This document shows positions 1 to 13,400 of a DNA stretch of 64,000 nt, piece by piece. Origin of the DNA: Ptychomitrium polyphyllum (Eukaryota); the NCBI GenBank assembly GCA_973851085.1, contig OZ316775.1, positions 22,382,001-22,446,000 on the forward strand, given 5' to 3'. A program made the translations under genes and the position numbers. Position 1 is the first letter of the stretch, and every line of letters begins with the position of its first letter. The notes under the pieces are model-generated. The model was not told where the DNA came from. It did not search any database and saw nothing but the letters and a program-made list of their open reading frames with translations.

Positions 1-1314
1 ACTTGTCAAATGACTGCGACCAGTGCAATAGTTATGCTTAATGCGTTGTCTAATTCAGAAACAACAATTCGTCGATTGTCAATTGCTGGCAATTCTCTTG
101 GAAGGTAGGTCACTCTGATGTCAAGATTTAAGTTTTATCCTCTTTCTTTGAGGTTTGCTTTTGCCAAGATTGAATCAACCGGCACTAAGTGCTGTAGATT
201 CATGAAGGGTATCTTACTTTAGAAAATTCTGGCTTAATATCTTTCTGCAGTACGGTGGTACCAAGCCTGGCACAATTTCTTACCAAGAGCGCATTGGAGA
301 TTTTGAATATTAGTGATATAGATTTGGGTCCAGCGGGATGCTCTAATGTACTTGAAGAGACACTGGTTAGTAATAGCACGCTTCTTCACATAGATATCAG
401 GTACACCCTGTTAAACATCTACCTTTTTCTTGAGTTTCTTACGGCACTTGTGAATTAGAGTAATCTTAATTGCATGATTTATATACATCTAATATTTAAG
501 AGCATTAAATTCAGTTGTCTTGAATCTGTTGCAATTTTTGGAATTAATTTGAATTGGTGATATTGTGGTCGTTGTCACCACTTAAAACATAACTTCTTAA
601 AGTTATGGATATGGTATTTTTAAGTATCATTTATCACAGTTCCTTGTTTAGAATGTAAAGGACAAATGTGGTCCTTTGTACTCGCACCTTCGTAAATTGG
701 TTTAATGTCTAATTAGTTTTTATCTCCTTTTCTCTATGTCGTGCAGTAAAAATCGTATCAATACGCCTGGGGCTGCCATGTTGGCTTCCATTATATCCGC
801 TGGGAGTAGCAGTCTAACAAGCATAAATGCAAGCGCAAACTTACTTTCTGTGAACTCTATAACATCCATTGTGAGAGAAATTCAACAGTCAAAAGTATAT
901 GGAGAATCTGCAGGTAATTTAAATAGTATTACCTGTTGAGGTTAGGGATTTTGATCATTGATTGTTTCTTAATACGTTTGATTACATGTTTTACCCTTAT
1001 CGGATTTTTTCTGTCTCTGATGCTAGATCAATTATGTTCTACTAATCGTATATTATTTAGTAATAGTCCGTCCTGTATTATTTTTTAATAGAGTTTGTAT
1101 ATGATCCAATATATTCATGGTTATATGAGCCCACTGTTCTCATGAGAACTGTGTTGTGACAGGCAAAAGTATGCATCTCGACTTGCGAAATAATCCTGGG
1201 AGCTTTCTGTGCAAACTGGCTGGTCTATACGTTGACAGAATTGGAGCCTATACAGTGTTGCTCTCCGATTCTTCTTGCGAGACGCATTCTATGCTTCATG
1301 ACGATGATCCGTAG
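1..1314 (+). CDS. 3' part of an RNI-like leucine-rich-repeat protein gene (exons <1-104, 251-400, 747-913, 1163-1314)
   Basis: GT-AG junctions join in frame to give LRR units (IRRLSIAGNSLGS, LEILNISDIDLG, LLHIDISKNRIN, LTSINASANLLS, MHLDLRNNPG), ending ...MLHDDDP* at TAG 1312-1314. The 5' end lies outside the window. Confidence 0.85.
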
Positions 1315-4300
1315 GAAACTATCTTGTAAATGTAAAAGCGAATGTAACACGTAATTGTCAATTTTTGTGCCCAATCAAAAATATATTTCTAGAACATTCT
1401 CAGTGTTCACTAGCAGTATAGCAATTCTTTCTTCTCTTCATTTTTCTCTAATGGCAGACAGGCAAATGACACTGGATGAGAGAACACTAGAGAGATGGTC
1501 ATCTGGACTTGTATTTGAAGGTCTTTTGGAAGCACGAAATTTCATATCGAGTCCCTAGATGATCTCTCCAGAACATTAATCATCACCTACTAATGGAGTT
1601 GAAATCTTGTTTGTACGATGAGTTTTGTGCAACTCTGTAAATTATCACTTCCCTTCGGCAATGTAACAGATTATGTCTTCAACGGCAAGTGCCTTTAAAC
1701 ACACGTGATCCATAGTGATCCATAGTGGTTCGTTGTGCATGAGCGGTCAAGTGATGCATACTACCTCGACTCAGAATTATAAGCACGAAAGACATTGTTG
1801 TAAAAGGTCTGGATCGAAACAAACTTATACGTTCTCCGGATTTTAAGATGAAATTATAATACAAGACAGGTATTGTAAAGGTTTGTAATCAGGAACTTTT
1901 TCAGGTGGAAGGCTTTTCGGTCTGAGCAAACTCTAGTCTACCGCCTGTTCTCTTGATCGAAAGTTCGACACTATGCCGAGTTCCATTCTGTGCCGAGTCC
2001 GTCGTTTCTTGACGATCCTCAATAACCCTGTTTCTCATTCATTCTGTGTGGTCAGTCGTCACGTTAGTTAAACGCATATAAGACGGAGCGGAGGATCACC
2101 GACGCCACTTCAGACAGGATAGACCTACTACAGCACCTAGCCTGGCAGGCCAGAGGACACGCATGTTATTCATTGAAAAGCCAGACTTCATTATTTGCTC
2201 CCGTTCTTCATTATCGTGGCAAGTCCATTTGTCATTATGTTATTTGAGGAATTCTATGTGGCCTTTCAAGCCCTCTCTGGCAGTAGGTATCTCATGCCTA
2301 TTTTAGACGAGCTACATGATTGTACGCCAACACTACATGAATGCTAGTGCATCCGCGCAAACCCCTTCTGTGTCATCCGTCAATTAATAGATGTCTCTAT
2401 TCATCAATTGCATTTGTCGTCAGATTTATGTTTAAGGCTAAAACAGTTGATCATAATGTACCCCTGCTGACTCCGGTGGTTGATTGGTGTGTTTGGAAAT
2501 GTGAAACGTTGGTGAGTTAGTGTTTTTTTAAGATGGTTGGAACTAGCCGTACTTGACTGGTGCCATTCCAAGTTACAGAAGAGTTTTATGTCACTAATTC
2601 TCGCCGGTACAAAATACCAGCCCACACTTTCACAGAACATTAACTTACAGAGTGCATTATTGTCCTCTTTGTAGAAGTTCTATTTCACAACTTGTGGCTC
2701 ACAGCTTGTTCCATCATCAATCTAGCATGATACTTCAAAAACTGGGGTCGAACAATTGTGTGAAATGATCTATGTACGTGATCATCAAATACATGTGAAT
2801 GACAATATTATGTGGTTGAGTAGTAAGCTTCAAATGTCATCTGGCAGCACCGTCGTGATCAACAATTTTGAACACTTGTAAGGTTATTATATGATATAGT
2901 GTACCACGACATTTGGCCTTTTAGATCATTTCAAAGGTATCACCCATGGAACCCCTTATTTTTATTATATCATCCAACTCAATGCCTCCATGTATGCTAT
3001 ACTTCCACACAGTAACACTATGCAATTGAGCTCATGAATGCCACAAAAATATAGACATTAGCTTACAGAGGCATCTCCCGTGACTTTCTACATTACAATA
3101 GTTGCACAGATAGTGTACTGAGGGGTAAATTGCACAGTGCAGAGGGGAGATGATGCTCTTTGACTCTGCACCTCTAGACTCCAGAAAACTAAAAGCCAGT
3201 AAGAAAAGAAGATATGAAATGGATTCATAAAAAAATTCTGTCAGATTACTTGAAGGAAAATGGAGCTGAAACTGCAATGGTTCACATGATTAGTGTCAAC
3301 CACACCCACATTCACAAAACTTAAATTACAAGAAAACAGTGGCTTGTCCAAATCTGGTAATAACCACACGGATAACTTTGGGTCGTAGCCTAAGCACAGG
3401 TACCTCGCAGCTGGATCCAGCATCCAACGATTCCAACCGTTCCAGCAAACAGAATAAAATAAAATAAAATGATTGCCTACCTCTTAGTCAATGTCTCCTC
3501 CGTCCAGCGAAAAAAGTAAAACTTTCTAGAGAAATTATTGAAAAATAACGCCAAAGGCTACCGATGGTGGAGTCAATCATCGCTGCACGCGAACTCAACG
3601 AACCCTTCACAGATCTCTCGTTTACCGAAAAATTCTCCCCCCACCATGCATCCACGCCGTCAATTTCCATCGATCGATCCCTTTGAAGCTCCCCACGCGG
3701 TCCTGCACTTCCTTCACCTTAACTTCATCTTCTATCACTGCTTCCCTCGAGCACAGTGATATATCGATCCAGTGCAGTAACTTCTCGAGGTCGGGTTGAT
3801 CGAGACATGATCTCTAGGTCGGCACTGTAGCAAGAATCACTATACCGAGCTCCAGATTATCAAAAGCTAAGTTAGCTTCCTTTCAGACGGATTTCGAATC
3901 GTCGTCTGTCGCCACTCACCTGAGCGAATTGTGGAGGTCGGAGATCGGAATCAGCGCTGATCGGCTGCGCGCAGCGATCTGACAAAAGCTCGACGACGAG
4001 GGTGCACATGCTGGATTGCTGGACGCCACTTGGGCGCGTCTGACAAGCTGACACGGCCAGTGGCGACGGTAGTAGCGAAAGTTACAGCAGTTGGTCTCTG
4101 GCAGCCTCATCCACAGTTACAGTGGAGCTGGTCCTTGGCACGAGTGCATTCAAGCACCCAGCTAATGCGCACACCGTTGCCAGTTGGGTCGATCGTGACT
4201 GCAATCAGCTGTGGTCTTCTGCCTGCTGTCTAGTGTCTGTGACCATCGCTGTAACTTACAGTGGGTAGTGAGTGAGTGTGTCAGGACCAGAGATCATAGC

Positions 4301-4533
4301 TGGAGCCAGGAGCCTCGGTGTTTGTGGCTGCGCAGGTGCTGTGAGTGATCGGGTGGTACTCCGTCGGGAGTATAGTACTTCATTGTGGGTGTGGAGAGGA
4401 GTTGCGGAACTGAATCGAGGTCATCAACGTGTGCGTCGTCCGATGTAAGGGAGGAAGTGAGGAATTGAGGGAGGTGATCATCTTTTGTAGCAAACTTTTG
4501 GGTTTAGTACGAGGGATCAGCTAGTTGGGTAAT

Positions 4534-6944
4534 ATGGAGGAGCGACGTGATTCCGACGTTGCGTTGGATATGGACAATGTACCGTGGGGTGGACAGGTAT
4601 GGAGGGTTGGTGTGGTTCTTTTTGTGCTGTGCTTTTTTTCGCGGAGTATACGGTATATTTGGTTTTAGGAGGAGATTTGGTGAGGGAAGGTGGGCTAGGA
4701 CAGGTGTAGTTCTGGAAATTTGACGGGGAATAGGGAGGGGAGATGGGTTGAAGAGTTTGCGTTGCGAGGTCGTGGGTTAGTCCTTTCGACAATTAGGGCA
4801 ATTTATTGGTCTGAATGCAGTTCAATGTGACTTGTTGGCTTTAGCACGTTGTTTTTTATAACATCCGTGGTCAGAATGTGGCACTTCTGTCTTTCCGACA
4901 ATCCTTCATCTCTCAGTCTGAACTTCAAGCCACTAATTCTCGGAGGAATCGTGCGTCTGGAGCACTTGTAGTGGAGATGAGAGGTGACTGATTCGCTGCT
5001 TCGTTTGCAGGAGTATTTGGTACCAACCTCGTTCGGTCACATTTCTGTTACTGTTTGTGGAGACCAAGACAAGCCCGCCCTCGTCACCTATCCTGACATC
5101 GGATTAAATTGTAAGTCACAGAAACCCAATTAGTTTCTAGGCAGATTCGAATCATACCGTGCTGCCAAATTGTCTCTTCTCTCGAATCATTTCGTGCAAT
5201 GGCCAGGCTTGGTGTAGTGAGTATTTTGTTTTGTTTTAGTTCTGACTCTGTAAGGTGATATACAGATTTGTCTTGCTTTGAGGGACTCTTCTCGTGCCCG
5301 GAGGCGTCGTCAGTGCTCTTCCACAATTTTTGCGTGTACCACATCGATCCCCCTGGTCACGAGGTTTGTGTTTTCGTCTCGAGCTCATTTGTGTGTCACA
5401 ACTACCATTGCTTTCATTAAAGCTGTACTCCTACATTGCCAGAGTCTAACTATTTTTTTCTCTGTAATTCGTCAGGTCGGTGCACCTGAAATTCCTCCCG
5501 AGCAGGATCCACTCTTTGTTGATGATTTAGCGGATCAAGTGGGCGAAATCGTGGATTTTTTTGGGTGAGTATACAGCACTTAGTATGTTTTGCTTTCCCG
5601 TAATGTTCGCAGCTTTGATTATCCGAAACATGTGCCTCCTTTTAACGTTCGATTGTTTCCTGAGTTTTCAGATTGGATGAGGTGATTTGCATGGGAGCTA
5701 CAGCTGGAGCGTATGTCCTCAGTCTGTTTGCGGTATAGTTTTTAACACAACCTTTAAAGCTGCCTTAAGAAGCTCCATTTGGATTATACGACACGCTCTT
5801 ACCAATGCCATTCTCTCGAAGAACTGGCGATTAACAAGAATGGTCTCTGTTGTGTGCAGTGCAAGTATCCCGACCGTGCTTTAGGATTGATCCTAGTGTC
5901 ACCTCTTGCCCAAATCCCATCGTGGACTGAATGGCTGCACAACCAGGTGATTATCAAACTAGGCTCAACTCTTTCCTGTTAAGACAACCTACGTATTCCC
6001 ACTCTTGAAGGAGAAACGCACTTACCTTTGAGAAAATTTGGGGTTTTTCAGGCCATGATCAACATCCTCCACTTCTTCGGTATGACCGGGTTTGTCAAGG
6101 AGAGGCTTTTTCAACGGTACTTCAGTTCGGTAAGCACACAAGCTGCTTCGGCTCACTGATTAAAGAACGAAATCCTTATCAGAATGTCGATTTTTGCTAA
6201 CCTATGCAAGTGGAGTAAATTTACATGCTGTAGTTTCTATTTTTCTTCCAGGAAGTCCGAGATGCAGCAGCTTCAGTTGGAGCTACAGATGTTCTAAGGA
6301 CAATCCGCCGAGTAAGGAACCTACACATATGTTTATGGGATTTGTGTTAAGTTATGGGTTTGCCGACTTCTTCAGTTCTTCTTTCTTTCAGTGCCTAATG
6401 TCTTTGGGTGTTCTGGTGAGCTGTGCAGTATATGAACGACAGACGCAGTGTAAATGTTATGCGTTACCTGCAAGCAATTAATAACCGGCACGACTTAACC
6501 GAGGAATTGAAGGATTTGAGGTGCCGGACGCTAATACTAGTTGGTGACCAATCGCCTTTCCACCATGAAGCTTTGCACATAAGCGACGCCATGAACAGAC
6601 GCTACAATGCATTGATTGAGGTAACATTAAAAACATTGTGGAACATCCTTTTCTTTGGTGTTGAGAAAATGCAGCCTGTCTGACCCTCTTGAATATCTTG
6701 ATTGCAGGTTGACGGAGGTGGATCTCTGGTAACAGAAGAGCGACCACAATCCATGTTAGTTCCAATGGAGCTCTTCTTCACAGGCTATGCATTCTACCAG
6801 CCGTCAATAAAATCCTTAACTTCGAGTCCAAGAAGCCCTCTGAGTCCACTCTGTGTGCCTGCTGAGCTTCTGTCACCAAAGAGTCTGGGATTAAAGCTGA
6901 AGCCCATCAAAACACGAGTTTCCTCACCAGATTTGCTGCTTTAG
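4534..6944 (+). CDS. NDL: NDL (N-MYC downregulated-like / NDRG, alpha/beta-hydrolase fold) protein; exons 4534-4596, 5011-5110, 5266-5363, 5476-5564, 5672-5732, 5860-5946, 6052-6129, 6252-6311, 6429-6620, 6708-6944
   Basis: The spliced translation [54 protein letters not shown]...[15 protein letters not shown]...[15 protein letters not shown]...GLILVSP...SWTEW...[14 protein letters not shown]...[17 protein letters not shown]...[26 protein letters not shown] matches plant NDL motifs. All introns are GT-AG. Confidence 0.95.
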
Positions 6945-7679
6945 GGTCATGTACATGAGTAGGAACTTTCGATACGGAGTGAGTACTAGAGGTTTAGCTA
7001 TTGAGTCTGTAAGAGTTGTACAATAGTACATTACCCAGTTGGTCGCCCATTTGTACCGATTTCAGTTGTGATTGACTGATGTAGAGATTGAGAGTTGGTA
7101 GCTGCCTTGGCACAATAAGGTGTGGCAAGCATGTCCCTACTCCGGTAGCTTGAGTGAAGACATGCTCTCTACGTAGAGTTAGGGCTGGCCATGATGCTGA
7201 TGATTATTCCTGGCGCACAGTTCCACCGCATAAGACTGCAATGTCCCATTTTTCCAGATAATGAATCTGTACACTAACATTGCTTTCCTCGACTTCCAGT
7301 GCCCACTGAGTTTGGTCAGATTTTTGACGGCTCTTCAAATTTCAAGAAAACATTCCTTCAATAAAATGGTCTGTAGTACACTAACGTATGTGCACAGAAA
7401 AATTAGGAAACTTTATTTTTGTTCGCTGCCTAAAGCTGTGGACCTTGTGTTTTTTCACTGCTCAAAACTGGGTACCTGATGCAAGCTTGCGCTACACTGA
7501 CATGCCAATGACGATTAAACAAGTGTCGAACTGCAGCCGTCACGATCCTCATCTCTGTGGATTCAGAACCTCCTTATCTGCTGTCTCGAATGATGCAACA
7601 CAACTGTAAAGGGGAACTTTCGCTTCGAACTCTGTCCTTGGGCTAATTTAAATTACAATTTTGAGTCTTGTTTTTATTT

Positions 7680-8182
7680 ATGAGCCAAATGGAGGTGGTT
7701 TTCGGGAAACTTGTATTGGAGAATCTGCCACACTACCAAAGCTGCTCCAATGGCGGTGAATATTAAAATGGCTCCAAAAGTAATTTATGTGCTAATTCAA
7801 CTGTCACGTGAACTTCATGAAAGCGTTTGCAAAGCGAGAAGGGCAGGACTGGGTCTAAACTCTACAAAGCACGGATGGAGCCACACTCCCGGGGGAACAT
7901 CACGTAAATGAGGTCTCTGATAACCTGGGACCCAGCTCAATAATGCAGCATGGCACAGGAGCCAAGGCAGAAATGTATAGTGTCTCGTTGTTGCTTCTTC
8001 ATCAGGGTTGCCAGATTACGGTACAAAGAGCCTCCAACCTCCAAGCTCAGAAGCTTCAGAAGACGTGGAATCTTCCACTTGGCAGCGATGTTAAGTTTCA
8101 TTAGAGAATCAAACTCTCCTAGTCATTCCAGAATTCCATCGGGCTCCGGTGGACCGGATGCCACGACAACAAGCAATCGATC
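7680..8182 (-). pseudogene. Possible decayed exon of an unidentified tail-anchored/membrane protein
   Basis: An acceptor-like gtgcacag precedes protein-like text (DRLLVVVASGPPEPDG...VPPGVWLHPCFVEFRPSP...ITFGAILIFTAIGAALVVWQILQYK) interrupted by stops and a frame change. Family not recognised. Confidence 0.3.
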
Positions 8183-10416
8183 CTGTGCACATGAGAATAA
8201 AACTAACTATTTATACGGTATTAGTCCCTGATCCTCGCGAATTGCTGGAAAATTGACACATAGTAGTGTCAAGCTAATGTGGAATGGTAGGCATGTTGTT
8301 GCCCATGCTTTTGCAAAGTGTGACATCTTTCTGCTCATGGAAGGACCAGAGGTTGAATTGATCGCATGGGCCTTGGAATTCGTACGAACTGCCCTTTAGT
8401 TTCAAAGCGGGGTTGAATTGGGAGGTTAGTTGGGACCCATATGAAAAGCGACTGGATTTAGGAAATTACACTGAGCTCGTCAATCTTGCTCTGTACGGAT
8501 AGGAATGTGCAGAACGAATATTCTAATACTGCTGCAAAGGCTTGAAAGGAGCTCGGTTCCTGCCATTCTTTATTAGTGCATGGACACCAATACGGAATAC
8601 AATGTGCCCAATTGAGTGGTCTTTGGCGGGTCCATCTTTGAATTGTCGGTTCCTTTCTTGAATTGGCTGCGACCATTCTTCAATCACCAGGTCCGTTCTT
8701 CAAATGCTGGGTCTGCCATTATTTTCTCGGATTTGTGTCTGCAATGGTTGAGTTGGAGTCCCTTGTGCTCCATTCCAATGGTCGAGGATTTGCAATTCAA
8801 ATTTCAAGCAACTTGCAAAAGTTTAGGAAGGCTCTGGGTGCAGTGCCTGCCATTGTTGAAGCTAACCTTTGCTACACTTATCTATGCAATTTGAGGAACT
8901 ATCAAACCTTGGACATGAACAATATACTGCTGCTAGAGAATTTCGATAATGATGCTATTGCCACAAAACTTTTATGAAGATACTTTTGGAAGGCGTTTGA
9001 TTCTGACATGTAATGAAACTAATACTACAGAAGCTTTGATAGTTCATGTATGTTGTTATGCAAATTGCAAGGGGCTTACAAGTTTGATGATAACTAATAA
9101 ATTATGAATATTGCATGTTGTTCCTACAAGGGTAGTATATAATGTAAAGGTCATTTTTAAAATTTACAACAATTTGGTAAATCCAAACTTAATAAGATAA
9201 GTTTGTTAAACATCGATGTTTTTAGAAAAGATCCATCCACTATGATGTTGGCTAAATTGGAAATTGTTGAAAGAAAAACTTAGTGCACATCTATGCTTGG
9301 TGATTCAATCACTATTACAGCCATAATAAAGCGCCTCTCAAGTGGAGAGAAAACCAATCCTTCCAAAACAACTTCAAGTTGGAAAGTAATGCCTTATTAA
9401 TCTATTGCCACAAAAATTAAGCTTAAATTACTTAAAGGTTTTGTGCATTTTGGATCCATATTCTTCAAAACTACCTAGTAGGATTGTAAAAGATACCTCC
9501 TGCAAAATGCTTCTAAGTTTGTTGATTCTACACTTCCATCATAATGAATATTGTGTTAATTGAGAGGTGGTCAGTAGATCTGCAGCTTTCATCAGGACAC
9601 AGTAAACATCAAGCATTGGATCCAAAGTTATTGATAATCTACCACGGGTTTTAAATCACAAGCTCTTGTATCCATTCCAATGGCCACTTGAACAGCATTC
9701 TGCGACTTTGTAAAGAAAACTTCAGTCAAGTGCTTGAAAGAACATTCCACATGTAAACTTTGTGAATTCTTCGAACAGTCAAATACAAGGAACGTAATGA
9801 TTAGTACATATGTCTAAGGGACCTCCTTTGAAAATCAGAATTCTACAATGTCAAATCAGCCCTGCAGTACATAACTTGTCATGCCACGATTTGCAGCAAA
9901 GCTTAAATACCTTCCACGTTCAAGTTTCTCTTTTTCGGATTCTTGACTTTCTACCATCCATTAATTCCAGCTCTCTGGACAGTTGTTCTGTCTGGTGCAG
10001 AAGCAATGTCAGTCATCGTATTGTTTCTTCCTATCTCCAAGCTAGTTCATTCCTTGGAGTTCGAAGCGAATCAGCTACTCAATTTGCTCTCCCAGTTCTC
10101 TGCTAATGGCAGTACTGTCAGGCCTTACTGACTAGATGTCCAATGCGGTACACTGAAGGCAACCATTCCTATACCTTGAACGCCAATACGGTTGTGACTT
10201 GCTACTGTTATATGGACACAATGACATTTAATTATTTCCTTCATTCTTTCATTCATCCAATTTATTCATTCTAACCTTTCAGTGCTGTGATCAGAAATGT
10301 GCTCGTCGCTTTGCTGCATTTGCCATGCAATATTGTCATAGTTGCATCAATATAAATATACTCTTCAATTATATATCATATAGTACTACAGTCAAACTCG
10401 TGCAACAGTATTTGGT

Positions 10417-10481
10417 GAAGTACTTTGTGGCAGGTATGTATGTTGAAGTACTGTGTGGCAGGTATGTTTGTTGCAGTACTG
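10417..10481. repeat. 28-bp tandem repeat, ~2.3 copies
   Basis: tgaagtactttgtggcaggtatgtatgt / tgaagtactgtgtggcaggtatgtttgt / tgcagtact. Confidence 0.85.
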
Positions 10482-13400
10482 CTTAATTATTATTGCGTGA
10501 TTCAGGATTGTTGAATACTATAGTAACTTATCCGTTTGTGTTAATATTGACGCAATGCTGTTGCAGGTAATATAATTATACACTTGTTTTATATTTGTAA
10601 TATACTTGCAGTACTATAAAAGCAATTACGAAAGACCTGACCAGTTGACCAATTACGTTTATCATAATTTCAAAAAAGAGTTGAAGCTTCAGCAAATAGA
10701 GCCTTAACCATTTATGTTAAAATTTCTTGCCCTTTCATCATTTGGAAAAGCATTTATTTAAGAGTTAGAACATTACTTAATCAAGTAGCATCCTTTCGTT
10801 ACATGGTAAATTTTATTTCCTTCTTCCTAGTATGGTACAACAAAACCAATATCTCTTATTTCATAAAAATTGTTTGTATTAAGTGTTTAATCTTTTGAAT
10901 GATTGTAGTGTAACTTGACTTGGCAATGCAAGATTACAACTTCAAGTATTTGAGGTTATGTTTCTATGATGAAAAAAATGAACACTATGAGGCATTTAAC
11001 AAGGAATACATGCACTTATTAATAAACACTAAAACATTGTATTTGTTTAGTTGGAAATCTTTTTCAAATTTGGAACTTCTCAAAGTTAAATATTAGCATT
11101 TTTAGAAATCATGAAGTCACAATTACTTTATAATTTCCTTAGTGTGCATAAATTTATATAAGTGTAATCAACAAAGCACATTTTAATATTTCTAAACTTG
11201 TTTCAAAAGTATAGATATAGAAGTTCTAAAAAGATATTACCATACTAGTGCAAAAACATTGCTTTCCATTTTAGACATATTGTGTTTGTATTTATGTGAA
11301 TTATTGAAAATTCTCATTTGTAAATTACTTCTATTGGATATGATCACTCTCAAAACTAAACTCCATTTTTTATTTTTTATTTTTTTAAGAAAAGAGTAAA
11401 TAAAACAATAATTAAAAACATATTCAAATGATGCAACTCTTTATTGTATAATGTCTTCATCATGAACTTCTTGAAAGAATAGAATTTGATGGATGTGTGA
11501 TGCATATAAAAAATAGTAATTGCAAATTGTGAATTTTAAATTGTGTATACATAATACATATTCACATAGGATGTGAATGTAATTATTTTCTATAGTAATG
11601 CTAAAATTGCATATAAGGTACAATACTAACAACACAATACAAGGAAACACCTATTACAAACATGCTATTAACTTTTACCATGCAAATAAATGATAATCAG
11701 TATGCTTGTCATTTTTTCTTTTTAACTTTTTTTTTGTGGTTGAACATTTATTTTCTTGCTTCAATTTTGTAAAGCCTTTTTATATGTGCAATTTTATACT
11801 AGCATTTTAATTTCTTCTCTATTCTCCCTAATTGTTTTTTTTACAACTTTTTCAACAAGATTCATCAAAGATATCATGAAAAAGAAGAATGTTGCACCTT
11901 TTTAATCCGAAAAAAAAATAAATTCAATTCCAATTATCTAATGATGTTTTTTATTCTTCATATTTTAAGTTTTGTAAACATAATTGATATTGAATATTTT
12001 TAAATAGACAATGAAGGTATGATTTTACTCAAAATGTACAAAGAATACTTTACAAAAGTTATAAGCAATATTGTATGCTCTGAAATTATTTCAATTATTA
12101 CCTCATTAAAATGACATGAATATTTATATGCTATGAAAATTACCACTTAAAAGCATCACACTGTAAATCTATTTCAATAAGTTTTACTCAATTGATATTA
12201 AATAAATCAATGTGATGAAAATATAAAGAGTTATTAATTTGAAGTAGTAAAATTTACATTCAAATCAAATGGTTAAATCAAAATTTTGTATATAGTCAAT
12301 AAATAAATTTGGAATCTTTAAATTTTCATAATTACACCAATTTAAAAATAGTCATTTAGGAATATTTTTTAAATGAATTTTCTAAAATCTCATATTACAA
12401 AGAATCCTTTGAATTTTTAAAATTAAAGAAGCATCAAAAATCTTTACTATAGTGTATACAAATGTAGAAGTTAAAGAGTCATTAATGTCATAATTTCTTT
12501 GCAAAAAAGATGATTCATAATTCCTTGGAATTTGATAAATTTAGCAACAACTACATATTCAGTATTGAATAGTTTTGCTTGTAGTATATTCTATATTGTA
12601 AAGAGTACAAATAGGTTTCTTTCAATTTTTTAATGTTGCTAATTTCTATGAAACTCATGAGGCTCACTTCTATTATTGCTTAAAATCCAATTTTTATTAG
12701 AAGTAAAGCATTTGATACAACATTACAATTTAGCTCATTTATAGAAATTTCTAGCTTTGTATTTGTATGTTAAACCTTATTAAATCATTTCATACCACAT
12801 GAATATTGTAAAAATTCATTATAAAGCATTTCTTTATTACATTGACAAAATAAATAATCCATTCAATTAACAAAGACTTCAAAACTTAATTATAATAAGA
12901 GTACTAAATTACATCATTTTCATTACATTGTAGTGACACTATTTTCTTTTGCATGCCTCCAACTATATTTCAAAAAGCCACTTATTTCTCTTCCTATAAA
13001 ATATATCTACATTATTATTACTTTTTTAATCATGTATAAATCCAATTTTTACTATATATATGAATCATTGTAGTTTCTATTTATTTAGACATCTAGCCTA
13101 AATATAATGAATGAAATAATTAATAGGATTTTATTAATCTTGCGTTATAAGAATCTAAAATAAATACAATGTTATAAAAAATTAATTAATGTAGTCAATA
13201 TAAATAAAATGCATGTAATAAAAATTTACTTCATTAATTTAGTATGTATATAGTGGTTTTTAAATGATTAAGTAATTTATCAAATAAATAAATAAAATTG
13301 AATGTAAAAATAATTTTACACTAGAAAACAACTTCAATTGTAATTAAATGTATCAAAAGATTATGTGAAACTTAATTAAGAATTTGGCAATCAACCATAG

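Noticed and set aside
8800..10200. Copia integrase relic
   Set aside because: Only faint resemblances (NRLP, FTKFT); the canonical DxxGP, SDNGGE and QNGxAER motifs could not be found.
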